Assembly (NCBI RefSeq): GCF_000341395.1
Contig: NC_020304.1
Location: 3,930,001-3,962,000 of the forward strand
DNA length: 32,000 nucleotides
Direction of reading: 5' to 3'
Source: Desulfocapsa sulfexigens DSM 10523
GTDB taxonomy: Bacteria; Desulfobacterota; Desulfobulbia; Desulfobulbales; Desulfocapsaceae
The translations under genes were made by a program, and so were the position numbers. This document shows positions 18,296-29,927 of this stretch, piece after piece (position 1 is the stretch's first letter; the number at the start of each line of letters is the position of its first letter). Below the pieces are notes generated by a model, which worked only from the letters and a program-made list of their open reading frames with translations, ran no database searches and had not been told where the DNA came from.

Positions 18296-20770
18296 TTACT
18301 CACTTTTCTCCAAAAACCTCCGATGAGCCAGCATCATTTGTATCTGGCTGTACGAAAAATCATCTCCAAGCTGTGATTTTATAGCTTTCAGGGTATCATC
18401 TTCAGCTGCTGCTATCCCTGCTGCAATACGCTTCTGCAAATCAGGCGAAAGCAAAGTATCAACGGACAGTTTCCCAGTTTGAACAAAAAAACAGAGATGT
18501 TTCTCTATTGTACTGGGGGCAAGCCCCCGCTCCCCTGCAATATCCTTAACACTTTTTCCAGCAGTAAACATTTCCAGGCTGATATCTCTGGTAGATTCTT
18601 TTCGAGATTCCATCGTTTTTGGCTTATTTGCTTCAGGCTCTGGCAATGACACTGTCTCAATATTTTCTTTTTCTCGATAGGTACGAACAAGGGTTACAAT
18701 GTCATCGCCGTAATTTTCGACGGTCTTTTTTCCAACACCTGGAATTGCCAGTAATTCTTTCAGACTCTGGGGCAGACAGACCACAATCTGAATTAACACC
18801 CGCTGATACAGAACCTGAAATCTGGCCACATCAAGTTCCGTCGCCTTTGCGGTACGCCAATCGCGGAGAATGTCAAAGAGTTCAGGATGTTCAATGTCAG
18901 ATTCGGTGTAGGTTGCAGCCTGCTGCTTTTTCACCGTCAAGGGTTGGAAATCTATTTCTGCGACAGACACTGCCCGCAGATATCCCGATGGTGAAAAACC
19001 GTTTTCACAGGATTTCATTCCTGCAGATTTTACCACTATCTCTTTTCTGCAGTTATTAAGAACATTACTAATTTTTTTCCGCAGTTCTTTGTTATCCGTT
19101 TCAAAATGCAGGCTTTGCACGGAGCCATCAAATATGGCAGAAAACTTCTCCTGAAACCAGTAAGATGCCTTTTTAATCCGATCCAGAATGTGTTTGTCGG
19201 TCTCCGGCAGGTTATTGTCTTTGAAAATAGTCCAGAGCTGATTCCTGAAATTTTCACTCACTGAAAAAATGGATTCCCGAGCCTGCTGTTCAATAAGCGT
19301 CAAGTCACCTGTACCCGAAAGCTGGATCACTCTTGCATTGCGCTTCAGCAAGTGGACAAGATAGCCAAGATGTTTTGCCAGCAGGGTAAAATCAAAACAT
19401 TCGTAGAGAAGTTTTTGCTGATAGCTGATTTTTGCCTCGTGAAGGATTCTCTCAGATGGCGGATTGCTGCGACACAGTTTGTCAAACTGCAATACCACAC
19501 GATCCGTAGCCACCCCACTTGTACTGATAGGTGAACTGAGGACCAACCCTTCCAGCGTTTTACAGCGACTGAGCGCTACATACACCTGCCCATGGGCAAA
19601 GGCTCCCTGAGCATCAATAATTGCCCGCTCAAAGGTAAGCCCCTGACTCTTATGAATAGTGATGGCCCAGGCAAGTTTCAAGGGATACTGATCGAACCTT
19701 CCGACAACTTCCTCTTCTATCTCCTTATTCGCCTCATTTATTGTATATTTGATATTTTCCCAGCTGACCGGCTCCACTTCAACCTCTTCAGCATCTCCCG
19801 GACACAGCACAAATATTGTCTTCCCGATAATGGCAGTAATCTTTCCAATTTTTCCATTATAGTACTCTTTTTCAGGAGACGGGTCATTACGGACAAACAT
19901 GACCTGGGCCCCTTTTTTCAGGGTCAGTTGTGGCAGTGTTGGGTAAATATGTTCAGGGAAATCTCCAGAGATAGCCGCAGTAAACGAATATTTCTTTCCA
20001 CCAAGCTCCCGTAATCGTGTCTGGTTAATTGATTCCGCACTGGCATTATGGGTGGTAAGGGTAATATATCCCTGATCTTCCGAAGGGATAAAATCACTTA
20101 TAAAGCGCTCATTCAAAGCATTAATAGTAGGCGGATCGAGTCTGTTTTCCCGCACACTATTCAGGATGCTGATAAAGTTTTCATCGGATTGTCTGTAGAT
20201 ATGTTTGAGCTCGATAGTGAGCAACTCCGTCTGCGACAGGGCCTTACTGGAAAAGAAATAGACCGATTCATAATATTTCTGCAGAAGATTCCACTCATGC
20301 TGTTTTGCGACGGGTGACAACTGATGCAGATCACCAATCATCAGCAGTTGCACCCCTCCAAATGGCTGTTCACTGTGACGATGACGGCGCAAGGCGGCAT
20401 CCACTGCATCGAGCAAATCAGCCCGTACCATACTGATTTCATCGATCACCAGCAGATCTAGACTCTGTATGATCTTCTTTTTTTCCTTGGAAAAACGAAA
20501 CTGACGCTGACTGTTTCGTTCGTATGAATCACTACCGGGGATATAGGGACCAAAGGGGAGCTGAAAAAATGAGTGCAGGGTTACTCCGCCGGCATTCATT
20601 GCCGCCACGCCGGTGGGAGCTGTAATGATCATCCGCTTGGGGGTCTGTTCCTGAAGGCCATGAAGAAAGGTAGTTTTACCGGTTCCCGCCTTTCCCGTCA
20701 GAAAAAGAGTACTGCCGGTATACTGAACGAAATCACTTGCCAGCTGCAGTTGGTGGTTGATGGGAGACAT
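18296..20770 (-). CDS. Pif1/RecD-like superfamily 1 DNA helicase with C-terminal HRDC-like and helix-turn-helix regions
   Basis: 824 aa; 'FLTGKAGTGKTTFLHGL', 'PTGVAAMNAGGVTLHSFFQLPFG', 'LLVIDEISMVRADLLDAVD', 'MIGDLHQLSPV', 'TIHKSQGLTFERAIID', 'VYVALSRCKTLEGL'; then 'LKELLAIPGVGKKTVENYGDDIV' (HRDC-like) and 'KSVKDIAGERGLAPSTIEKHL' (HTH). Confidence 0.88.
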   Translation of the reverse strand: MSPINHQLQLASDFVQYTGSTLFLTGKAGTGKTTFLHGLQEQTPKRMIITAPTGVAAMNAGGVTLHSFFQLPFGPYIPGSDSYERNSQRQFRFSKEKKKIIQSLDLLVIDEISMVRADLLDAVDAALRRHRHSEQPFGGVQLLMIGDLHQLSPVAKQHEWNLLQKYYESVYFFSSKALSQTELLTIELKHIYRQSDENFISILNSVRENRLDPPTINALNERFISDFIPSEDQGYITLTTHNASAESINQTRLRELGGKKYSFTAAISGDFPEHIYPTLPQLTLKKGAQVMFVRNDPSPEKEYYNGKIGKITAIIGKTIFVLCPGDAEEVEVEPVSWENIKYTINEANKEIEEEVVGRFDQYPLKLAWAITIHKSQGLTFERAIIDAQGAFAHGQVYVALSRCKTLEGLVLSSPISTSGVATDRVVLQFDKLCRSNPPSERILHEAKISYQQKLLYECFDFTLLAKHLGYLVHLLKRNARVIQLSGTGDLTLIEQQARESIFSVSENFRNQLWTIFKDNNLPETDKHILDRIKKASYWFQEKFSAIFDGSVQSLHFETDNKELRKKISNVLNNCRKEIVVKSAGMKSCENGFSPSGYLRAVSVAEIDFQPLTVKKQQAATYTESDIEHPELFDILRDWRTAKATELDVARFQVLYQRVLIQIVVCLPQSLKELLAIPGVGKKTVENYGDDIVTLVRTYREKENIETVSLPEPEANKPKTMESRKESTRDISLEMFTAGKSVKDIAGERGLAPSTIEKHLCFFVQTGKLSVDTLLSPDLQKRIAAGIAAAEDDTLKAIKSQLGDDFSYSQIQMMLAHRRFLEKSE

Positions 20771-20795
20771 GGAAAGGCTGGTGATATAATTACTG

Positions 20796-22834
<2,039 letters not shown>

Positions 22835-23068
22835 TCAATAGAAAAACTCCAATTTATAGTCGCCTATTTCTAGCAAATTCATTGCTATTTTACCAGTGTA
22901 AAAAAAATACATGACCATTTGACTATTCTCCCCATGTTTTGATAAACTATACTAAGTATTCTTCGAAACAGAGCAGATCCACCATTCTCTTTGATCGAGG
23001 ACAATTCCGACAGACAAAGATTTCTTCTTTTGATCAAAAGGGACACCCCTCAACGTGGAGAATTAAGG

Positions 23069-23914
23069 TTGCGAATTTTACTCATCTTTTTCCTCCTGCT
23101 CTCTTCCCTCTCTCCAGCAATAGCCGATGAATCTTCACTAACATTTGGCATTTTCCCAAGACGAAATGCTCAGGTGACATATGAACTTTTCAGCCCCTTA
23201 ACAGATTATCTCAGCTCGGAACTTGGACGGCCAGTCACCCTGGACATCAGCAATAATTTTGAGGTGTTCTGGCAGAAACTGACAGCGGGAAAGTTTGATC
23301 TTATTCACTGCAATCAGTACCACTATCTGGCTGCCAGGAAAAATTTCAATTTCGAGCTCATTGGCACCAATGCAGAGTTTGGAAAAACAACAATTGCCGG
23401 TTCTATTATTGTCCGAAAGGACTCGGGATTTAATTCATTAAAAGACCTCAAGGGAAAAACTATTCTCTTTGGCGGCGGTCCAAGTGCCATGCAGGGCTAC
23501 ATCGTCGCCACATACCTGTTACGTCAGGCAGGCCTTGCTTCAGGAGATTACAAAGAAAAATACGCCATTAATCCAACAAATGCCATCCTGGCCACATACT
23601 ACCAACAGGTCGATGCCGCCGGTTCCGCTGATAACAATCTCCAAATGGACAGAGTCAAAAATCTTATTGATGTTTCACAGCTCAGGTTTCTTGCTCTTAG
23701 CCAACAATTGCCGCAACTCCCATGGGCTGTATCGAGATTTCTGTCTCCAGAACTCCGAATGCAGATTCACGAAATACTGATAACGATGGATCAAACCGAT
23801 AAAGGCCGTGCCGCATTGCATGCCGCTTCGCTCGATAAAATCATTCCGGCTCACGATAGGGATTTCGATCCTTTTAGAGAAATCACCCGGACAATCCGAG
23901 GCGAACAATTTTGA
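23069..23914 (+). CDS. PhnD-like phosphate/phosphonate-type periplasmic substrate-binding protein
   Basis: The ORF track gives 22991..23914. A TTG at 23069 preceded by a GGAG...AAGG purine-rich stretch gives a clean signal peptide (RILLIFFLLLSSLSPAIA). Mature part: 'LTFGIFPRRNAQVTYELFSPLTDYLSSELGRPVTLDISNNFEVFWQKLTAGKFDLIHCNQYHYL'. Confidence 0.78.
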   Translation: MRILLIFFLLLSSLSPAIADESSLTFGIFPRRNAQVTYELFSPLTDYLSSELGRPVTLDISNNFEVFWQKLTAGKFDLIHCNQYHYLAARKNFNFELIGTNAEFGKTTIAGSIIVRKDSGFNSLKDLKGKTILFGGGPSAMQGYIVATYLLRQAGLASGDYKEKYAINPTNAILATYYQQVDAAGSADNNLQMDRVKNLIDVSQLRFLALSQQLPQLPWAVSRFLSPELRMQIHEILITMDQTDKGRAALHAASLDKIIPAHDRDFDPFREITRTIRGEQF

Positions 23915-26265
23915 AGGAGCACAACCAAGGCAACAAAAATGACCGTTTAGGTATTCGCCATTCCCTTGGAGCCCGATTTTCTCTCCACATCTTCCTTACC
24001 CTGATTATTGTTAATTTTTTCAGCGTGTTATACATATACAAAACAGAACAAAAGAACAACATTCATGATCTCCGAAATCAGGCTGAGGTTATAGGCAGCT
24101 TCATCGCCTCCTCTGTCCCCCAGCATATCCTGAACTATGACTTCATATCACTCGACACGACACTGCACGAAGCAATGCAGTTAAAAGGTCTCCACTACAC
24201 AGCAATTATAGCAGAAAATGAAGTTTATATTGCAGCCAGAGTTTCCCCTTTATGGAGCAAGGACACGCAGGCGACTGAATCCCTTTTCCCAAGCTTTGAA
24301 AAACAACTCAGTACGATTCAACTCCTGCGACGAACAAGCCTGGACCATATTGACATTTCAACACCTATTATCTTTGGTGACGCTTATCTAGGGCGGGTTA
24401 TTGTTGGATTATCCCTTGATATCAGTAAAAAAAAGACAGAAGATTTCCTGGCAATTCTTCTCATAGTCAACGCAATAGTCGCCTTTTTTGTTGCCGCTGG
24501 AGTATATCTGTTCTTCTGGAAAACCACATTACAGCCAATCTATCATTTGATAGATGGAGCAAAGCGGGTGGCCCATGGAAACTACAATGAACCTGTTGCC
24601 CTCGCCGGATCGGATGAAATCGGCCTGCTGACCAATTCATTTAACACCATGATGTCGGCACGAAAACTTGCAGAAGAGGACATACGAAAAAGTCGTAAGG
24701 ACTGGGAACGACTTTTTAATGCAGTCGATGATGTGGTCACCATTCAGGATAGCAACATGCGCATTCTGCAGGCAAATGATGCAGCGGGCAGATTACTGGA
24801 CAAAGACCCAAACGAGCTCATCGGGATGTACTGTTATAACATCTTCCGTGAAGAGGTGAATGGAATCTGTCATGGATGCCCCACAATTCAATGTCTGGAG
24901 GATCATCAACACCATCATGCAGACATTAAATACCCAGAACTGAAGAAAATTTTCCATGTCTCGGCTTTTCCGATTCATGACGAAGAGCTGGGATGGATTG
25001 GCATTGCCCATATTGCCCGTGACATAACAGATCAAAAAAAGCTTGAGGCCCAATACCGACAAGCCCAGAAAATGGAAGCCATTGGCACTCTTGCCGGTGG
25101 TATCGCCCACGACTTCAACAATATCCTCACTCCGATCTTTGGCTATGCACAACTCATCAAATTAGATGCCCCATCAGGTAGCCAACTGGAAAAAAACATC
25201 GATCGCGTTCTCCATTCCTCCGAGCTGGCCCAGAAACTGGTGAGACAGATCCTCACATTTAGCCGGGAGCGTCAACATGAAATGGACGCTGTACAGCTGC
25301 AACCAATCATAAAAGAATCCATGAAACTGTTGCGAGCCTCCATCCCGACAACCATCGAATTCAAAATAGCTCTGGATGAAAAGTGTGGCAATGTTCTGGT
25401 CGACCCCACCCAGATTCATCAAATCATAATGAATATCTGCACTAACGCCTATCATGCTATGGAGTCTACAGGGGGAACTCTTGGAGTTACCTTAAGGCAG
25501 GTATACCTTGATAAGATGACTGCCCCCCTCAAAGGAAATCTCTCACCGGGCGACTATGTAATGCTTCAAATAAGTGACACAGGGTGTGGCATGGACGAGG
25601 CGACCCGAGACAGAATTTTCGAACCATTCTTTACCACAAAAACAGAGGGCAAAGGGACTGGCATGGGGTTATCCGTGGTTCATGGAATTATCAAGGAATA
25701 CGCGGGCGCCATCCTTGTCTATAGCGAACCTGACGAAGGAACCACTTTCACCATATATTTCCCGGTAATCGATCAAACTGCTCCTCCTGTAATCCAATCG
25801 CCCAAAAAAGATACCGCCAATACCCTCCCCGCTGGTAAAGAACACATTCTGGTAGTCGACGACGAAGAGCTTATTGTTGACCTGGAACGAGGGTTATTAG
25901 AGGGACTGGGATACCGGGTTACTTCCTTTACTAAAAGTGAACAGGCCCTGCAAGCACTCCAGGATACTCCCAAAGCCTTTGACCTGGTGATTACAGACAT
26001 GACCATGCCCAAAATCACAGGAATACAACTTGCTGAAGAGTTGGTGGCTATCCGCCCAGACTTACCAGTTGTACTCTGCACGGGACATAGCCGCATCACA
26101 ATAGAAGAAATTCAAAATTGTTCTGCGATAACAAGCTATCTACCCAAACCGATCGACCTGTTTCGGCTAACCGAAGTCATCCGCGAGGTTCTTGATAGAA
26201 AAAAACAGGGGGCTTCCACCCGGCTATCATTTGCCAAAAAGCACTCTACCACAGTGAAAAAATGA
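23911..26265 (+). CDS. Membrane hybrid sensor histidine kinase (HAMP, PAS, HisKA, HATPase, receiver)
   Basis: 784 aa; N-terminal TM, periplasmic segment and second TM; '[30 protein letters not shown]' region (HAMP), PAS with '[24 protein letters not shown]', H-box '[16 protein letters not shown]', N-box '[13 protein letters not shown]', 'DTGCGMD', '[12 protein letters not shown]', receiver '[22 protein letters not shown]...[14 protein letters not shown]'. Confidence 0.92.
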   Translation: MKEHNQGNKNDRLGIRHSLGARFSLHIFLTLIIVNFFSVLYIYKTEQKNNIHDLRNQAEVIGSFIASSVPQHILNYDFISLDTTLHEAMQLKGLHYTAIIAENEVYIAARVSPLWSKDTQATESLFPSFEKQLSTIQLLRRTSLDHIDISTPIIFGDAYLGRVIVGLSLDISKKKTEDFLAILLIVNAIVAFFVAAGVYLFFWKTTLQPIYHLIDGAKRVAHGNYNEPVALAGSDEIGLLTNSFNTMMSARKLAEEDIRKSRKDWERLFNAVDDVVTIQDSNMRILQANDAAGRLLDKDPNELIGMYCYNIFREEVNGICHGCPTIQCLEDHQHHHADIKYPELKKIFHVSAFPIHDEELGWIGIAHIARDITDQKKLEAQYRQAQKMEAIGTLAGGIAHDFNNILTPIFGYAQLIKLDAPSGSQLEKNIDRVLHSSELAQKLVRQILTFSRERQHEMDAVQLQPIIKESMKLLRASIPTTIEFKIALDEKCGNVLVDPTQIHQIIMNICTNAYHAMESTGGTLGVTLRQVYLDKMTAPLKGNLSPGDYVMLQISDTGCGMDEATRDRIFEPFFTTKTEGKGTGMGLSVVHGIIKEYAGAILVYSEPDEGTTFTIYFPVIDQTAPPVIQSPKKDTANTLPAGKEHILVVDDEELIVDLERGLLEGLGYRVTSFTKSEQALQALQDTPKAFDLVITDMTMPKITGIQLAEELVAIRPDLPVVLCTGHSRITIEEIQNCSAITSYLPKPIDLFRLTEVIREVLDRKKQGASTRLSFAKKHSTTVKK

Positions 26266-27158
26266 TTAACGTTCTATTCAAAACAACCCTCTTCTGCTTC
26301 TTCACCCTTCTTTTCCTTACCAGTTCTGTGAGATACTCCAGTGCCGAAATCAAAGTAGGGGTACTCGCAAAACGGGGACCCAGCAGGGCGATGGCACAAT
26401 GGGCACAGACAGGAAACTACTTGACGGACGTACTCGGCGAACAGGTTGTTATTATACCGATAAAATTCACATTAATCGAATCAATGGTCAAAACTGGTCG
26501 CATAGACTTTCTCTTTGCCAACTCAGCCTTTTTCGTTGAAATGGAGAAGAAATATCAGGCACGGGCCATAACAACCGTAATCAATTCCCTGGACAACAAG
26601 CCCCTGGATAAATTTGGTGGAGTTATTTTTACCAGAAAAGGGAGTGGTATCAAAAAACTTGAGGATATCCGGGGAAAACGATTCATGACGGTTAAATTTT
26701 CTTCCTTTGGAGGGGGACAGATGGCCTGGAGACTCCTGCTTAAAAACAACATTGATCCCCAGAAGGAAACCGCAGCCTTCCTGGAAGCCGGAACCCATGA
26801 TCTTGTTGTACGAGCTGTAGAGAGTGGAAGAGTTGATGTTGGAACAGTGCGAACTGACACTCTGGAACGGATGCAGAGTGAAGGTAAAATTCAGATAAAT
26901 GAATTCCATATCATTCATCCAATAGCAGATGATTTCCCTTTTGTACGCAGCACTCGGCTTTACCCTGAATGGCCTATGGCGGCAATGGCACACACAACCA
27001 CGGAACTCTCGGACAGAGTTGCGGCGGCCCTGCAGAAAATTCAGCCGGATTCGCCAGCGGCACGAGCTGCCAGTATCATGGGCTGGACAGCTCCATCGGA
27101 CTACAGCAGCGTACGGGACTGCCTAGAAACAATCAAATACAGTATTTTTGTTCCCTGA
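26262..27158 (+). CDS. Second PhnD-like periplasmic substrate-binding protein
   Basis: 298 aa; signal peptide, 'IKVGVLAKRGPSRAMAQWAQTGNYLTDVLGEQVVIIPIKFTLIESMVKTGRIDFLFANSAFFVEME', 'LEDIRGKRFMTVKFSSFGGGQMAWRLL', 'VRAVESGRVDVGTVRTDTLERM'. ATGA overlap with the kinase gene. Confidence 0.82.
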   Translation: MINVLFKTTLFCFFTLLFLTSSVRYSSAEIKVGVLAKRGPSRAMAQWAQTGNYLTDVLGEQVVIIPIKFTLIESMVKTGRIDFLFANSAFFVEMEKKYQARAITTVINSLDNKPLDKFGGVIFTRKGSGIKKLEDIRGKRFMTVKFSSFGGGQMAWRLLLKNNIDPQKETAAFLEAGTHDLVVRAVESGRVDVGTVRTDTLERMQSEGKIQINEFHIIHPIADDFPFVRSTRLYPEWPMAAMAHTTTELSDRVAAALQKIQPDSPAARAASIMGWTAPSDYSSVRDCLETIKYSIFVP

Positions 27159-27176
27159 ATCCAGATATTCCACGTA

Positions 27177-27881
27177 TCAAGTTCTGTCTTGAGAGTTCCC
27201 TTCAGTCGCAACGGGGACAAAAACCAGAAGATTTCGGCTTGCTTCGGAGTAGGGAAGAATATATTCAACCTGGGAATACAGTAAAAATCTGACGGGAAAG
27301 GCTGTCTCCTTCCAGACAGCCAGCTCTTCCTGCCATTTTGGCCCTTTCATGCAGATAACCTTCACTCCGGGTTGGATAAAGCGGCTACTCATATCCAGAA
27401 ACATCTTTACTTCGGTTACAGCGCGACTGGTAATATACGTGTAGCCACCATCCGATGGTAATACGGATTCATTTTCAACCCGACAATTCAGAATAGAAAG
27501 CTCTGTTAGTTGCAGAGTTCTTGCTATATGAGAAAGGAAGGCAACTCGTTTTTGACGAGGCTCAACAAGGGTAAGCTGCAAATCGGGCCTGGCAGCCTTA
27601 CAGACAAGTCCTGGAAAACCAGCCCCGGTACCAATATCAAGCAAATGCGCACTGTCCCCTTCAAGCAGAGGCAGAAGAGTGAGGGAATCGAGGAAATGTT
27701 TTTCAAGAATTTCCCTGTCCGTTGCCTTTTTGGCAATAAGATTAATTTTTCTACTCCAGTGCTTCAACTCTTTGAAATAGACAAAGAGCCTGCTCAAAGC
27801 ATCCGCGTCAAGCTCCGGGAGACCAATGGCATAACATCCTTCACGCAAACCTTCGCTGAAATCAAAATCCTCTTTCACCAT
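27177..27881 (-). CDS. rsmG: 16S rRNA (guanine-N7)-methyltransferase RsmG (GidB)
   Basis: 234 aa; 'KINLIAKKATDREILEKHFLDSL', 'LLDIGTGAGFPGLVCKAARPDLQLTLVEPRQKRVAFL', 'ITSRAV'. Confidence 0.9.
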   Translation of the reverse strand: MVKEDFDFSEGLREGCYAIGLPELDADALSRLFVYFKELKHWSRKINLIAKKATDREILEKHFLDSLTLLPLLEGDSAHLLDIGTGAGFPGLVCKAARPDLQLTLVEPRQKRVAFLSHIARTLQLTELSILNCRVENESVLPSDGGYTYITSRAVTEVKMFLDMSSRFIQPGVKVICMKGPKWQEELAVWKETAFPVRFLLYSQVEYILPYSEASRNLLVFVPVATEGNSQDRT

Positions 27882-29192
27882 TTATCTGTCTTTGAGACGC
27901 TCGGTGACAGAGGCCGCATGAGCAGTCAAACCTTCCAGGTTGGCAAGGAGTCGAATATGATCTCCGTCTTCCCTAAGGGCCTCCTCCGAATAGCTGATAA
28001 TGGAGCTCTTCTTGAGAAAGGTCTCGACACCGAGTGCTGAAGAAAATTTCGCCGTTCCCATGGTAGGCAGTACATGATTAGGGCCGGCAATATAATCTCC
28101 TGCTGCCTCGGGGGTGTGGTGCCCTAAAAAGATTGCCCCTGCGTGACGAATCCGTGGCAGAATCTTCCAGGGATCATCAACCATCAGCTCCAGGTGCTCA
28201 ATGGCGATATCATTGGCAATGGCGATAGCCTCTTCCAGGTCTTCTGCAATAAGAATCACGCCGCGATCTGTAATTGATCTGGTGGCAATTTCTGCACGGC
28301 TGAGTCCTCCAAGCTGACGATCAAGCTCAGTAAGAACTTCCACTGCCAGTTGCTCTTCAGTGGTGACTACTATGGCAAGAGCCATGGGGTCATGCTCCGC
28401 CTGAGCCAGCATGTCGGCTGCAATATGGGCAGCTTTGGCACTTGCATCAGCCACAATCAGAACTTCAGATGGCCCGGCAATCATATCAATACGCAGCATC
28501 CCTGAAACCTGAGATTTGGCCTCAGTCACAAACTGGTTGCCTGGTCCGACAATAACATCAACCGCAGGGATCGTCTGGGTACCATGAGCTAGAGCTGCAA
28601 TGCCCCATGCCGATCCTGCCTTGAATATATCTACAATGCCTATCTCCTGTGCCGCCACCAGCAGGTGAGGACTTATTTTACCCTCTTTATTTGGTGGGGT
28701 AAGCATTATCCGCTGGTTTACTCCGGCAATTCCAGCAGGGATACCATTCATAAGAACGGAAGAGACTAGAGGTGTCGAGCCCCCCTGACCACCGGGAACA
28801 TAGAGTCCTGCAGCATCAACAGGGCGCACCATACGTCCGACAATGGTTCCGTTTTCACGGGTCTGCATCCAGGAATCTTCCATTTCCCTTTCATGAAAAA
28901 TCTGAATTCGTTCAATGGCTTTCGTCAGAGTTGCAAGAAACGCATCGTCAACAAGATCGTAGGCCTCCTTCAGTTCTGCAGTTGAGACCTGTAATTTCTC
29001 CAACGTGAGATCCGGGGCATCAAATTTCCGTGTATATTCGAGAACCGCCTCGTCACCTCGGCTCTTCACCTGTGAAATGATGTCGGCAACAAGATCACGG
29101 CAGCTGTTATCTGCCGGCTGAAACCTGGACAGGAGAGACTGAAGACACTTCTCACCCTCGGGACTTTTGGTTGTTAATGGTTTTATCAACAT
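27882..29192 (-). CDS. hisD: Histidinol dehydrogenase
   Basis: 436 aa; 'VDAAGLYVPGGQGGSTPLVSSVLMNGIPAGIAG', 'AGSAWGIAALAHGTQTIPAVDVIVGPGNQFVTEAKSQV', 'DMIAGPSEVLIVAD', 'GPNHVLPTMGTAKFSSALGVETFLK'. Confidence 0.97.
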   Translation of the reverse strand: MLIKPLTTKSPEGEKCLQSLLSRFQPADNSCRDLVADIISQVKSRGDEAVLEYTRKFDAPDLTLEKLQVSTAELKEAYDLVDDAFLATLTKAIERIQIFHEREMEDSWMQTRENGTIVGRMVRPVDAAGLYVPGGQGGSTPLVSSVLMNGIPAGIAGVNQRIMLTPPNKEGKISPHLLVAAQEIGIVDIFKAGSAWGIAALAHGTQTIPAVDVIVGPGNQFVTEAKSQVSGMLRIDMIAGPSEVLIVADASAKAAHIAADMLAQAEHDPMALAIVVTTEEQLAVEVLTELDRQLGGLSRAEIATRSITDRGVILIAEDLEEAIAIANDIAIEHLELMVDDPWKILPRIRHAGAIFLGHHTPEAAGDYIAGPNHVLPTMGTAKFSSALGVETFLKKSSIISYSEEALREDGDHIRLLANLEGLTAHAASVTERLKDR

Positions 29193-29210
29193 AATAGTTT
29201 CGTATACTTT

Positions 29211-29894
29211 TTATTTTTTTCCCCAATGGATTCCAATGGTCCCCATCATAAACTTCTTATAATCCACACCTCTAAACCCAGCCGTCCTGAAAATATCGGC
29301 AAGCTCCTCTGCCTTATGAAAACCCATTGTCGATCCGGTGAGATAACTGTAAGCAGCCTCATCACTGGCAATAAAACGTCCAAGTAAGGGAATACCGAAA
29401 CGAAAATAAAAGCGAATAAAAGGGTAGAGAATATTTTTCTCAGGTGGAGTGGTATCAAGGCAGACGACCCTTCCACCAGGTTTCAATACCCGGTATATTT
29501 CTTTTAACACAACAAGGCTGTCATCCACGTTTCTCAACAGATATCCAAAGGTCACAGATTCAAAGCTATTATCCCCATAGGGGAGATTGTTTGCATCACT
29601 GGCCTGCCAGTCAATGGCCTGACCGGAAAATCTTTTTTTGGCCTCACGCAACATATTGAGTGAAAAATCGGCACCAACATACTGCCCGCCAGGGTATTGT
29701 CTTTCCATAAGAGCCACAATATCCCCGGTTCCGGTGGCAAGATCAAGGGCCATTCCCGATCCGGGATCACCTGCTTTTTTCACCACAAAACGACGCCATC
29801 GCTGATCCTGCCCCATGGTCATAACCCGATTCATCAGATCATAATTTGGTGCAATATCATCAAACATCTTCTGTACACCAGGACCTTTACCCAC
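29211..29894 (-). CDS. ubiE: Ubiquinone/menaquinone biosynthesis C-methyltransferase (UbiE/MenG)
   Basis: 227 aa; 'VQKMFDDIAPNYDLMNRVMTMGQDQRWRR', 'ALDLATGTGDI', 'LPYGDNSFESVTFGYLLRNVDD', 'EIYRVLKPGGRVVCLD'. Confidence 0.88.
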   Translation of the reverse strand: MGKGPGVQKMFDDIAPNYDLMNRVMTMGQDQRWRRFVVKKAGDPGSGMALDLATGTGDIVALMERQYPGGQYVGADFSLNMLREAKKRFSGQAIDWQASDANNLPYGDNSFESVTFGYLLRNVDDSLVVLKEIYRVLKPGGRVVCLDTTPPEKNILYPFIRFYFRFGIPLLGRFIASDEAAYSYLTGSTMGFHKAEELADIFRTAGFRGVDYKKFMMGTIGIHWGKK

Positions 29895-29927
29895 GTCGTC
29901 TTCCTGTTATCATTAGTGATAGTTGTA

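Noticed and set aside
19592-20014. 140 aa plus-strand ORF within the helicase gene
   Set aside because: Antisense shadow of the well-supported helicase CDS; no recognisable domain.
22880-22960. TTGACT...TATACT promoter-like pair upstream of the PhnD-like gene
   Set aside because: Spacing of 23 nt is too long for a standard sigma-70 promoter, so it was not called.
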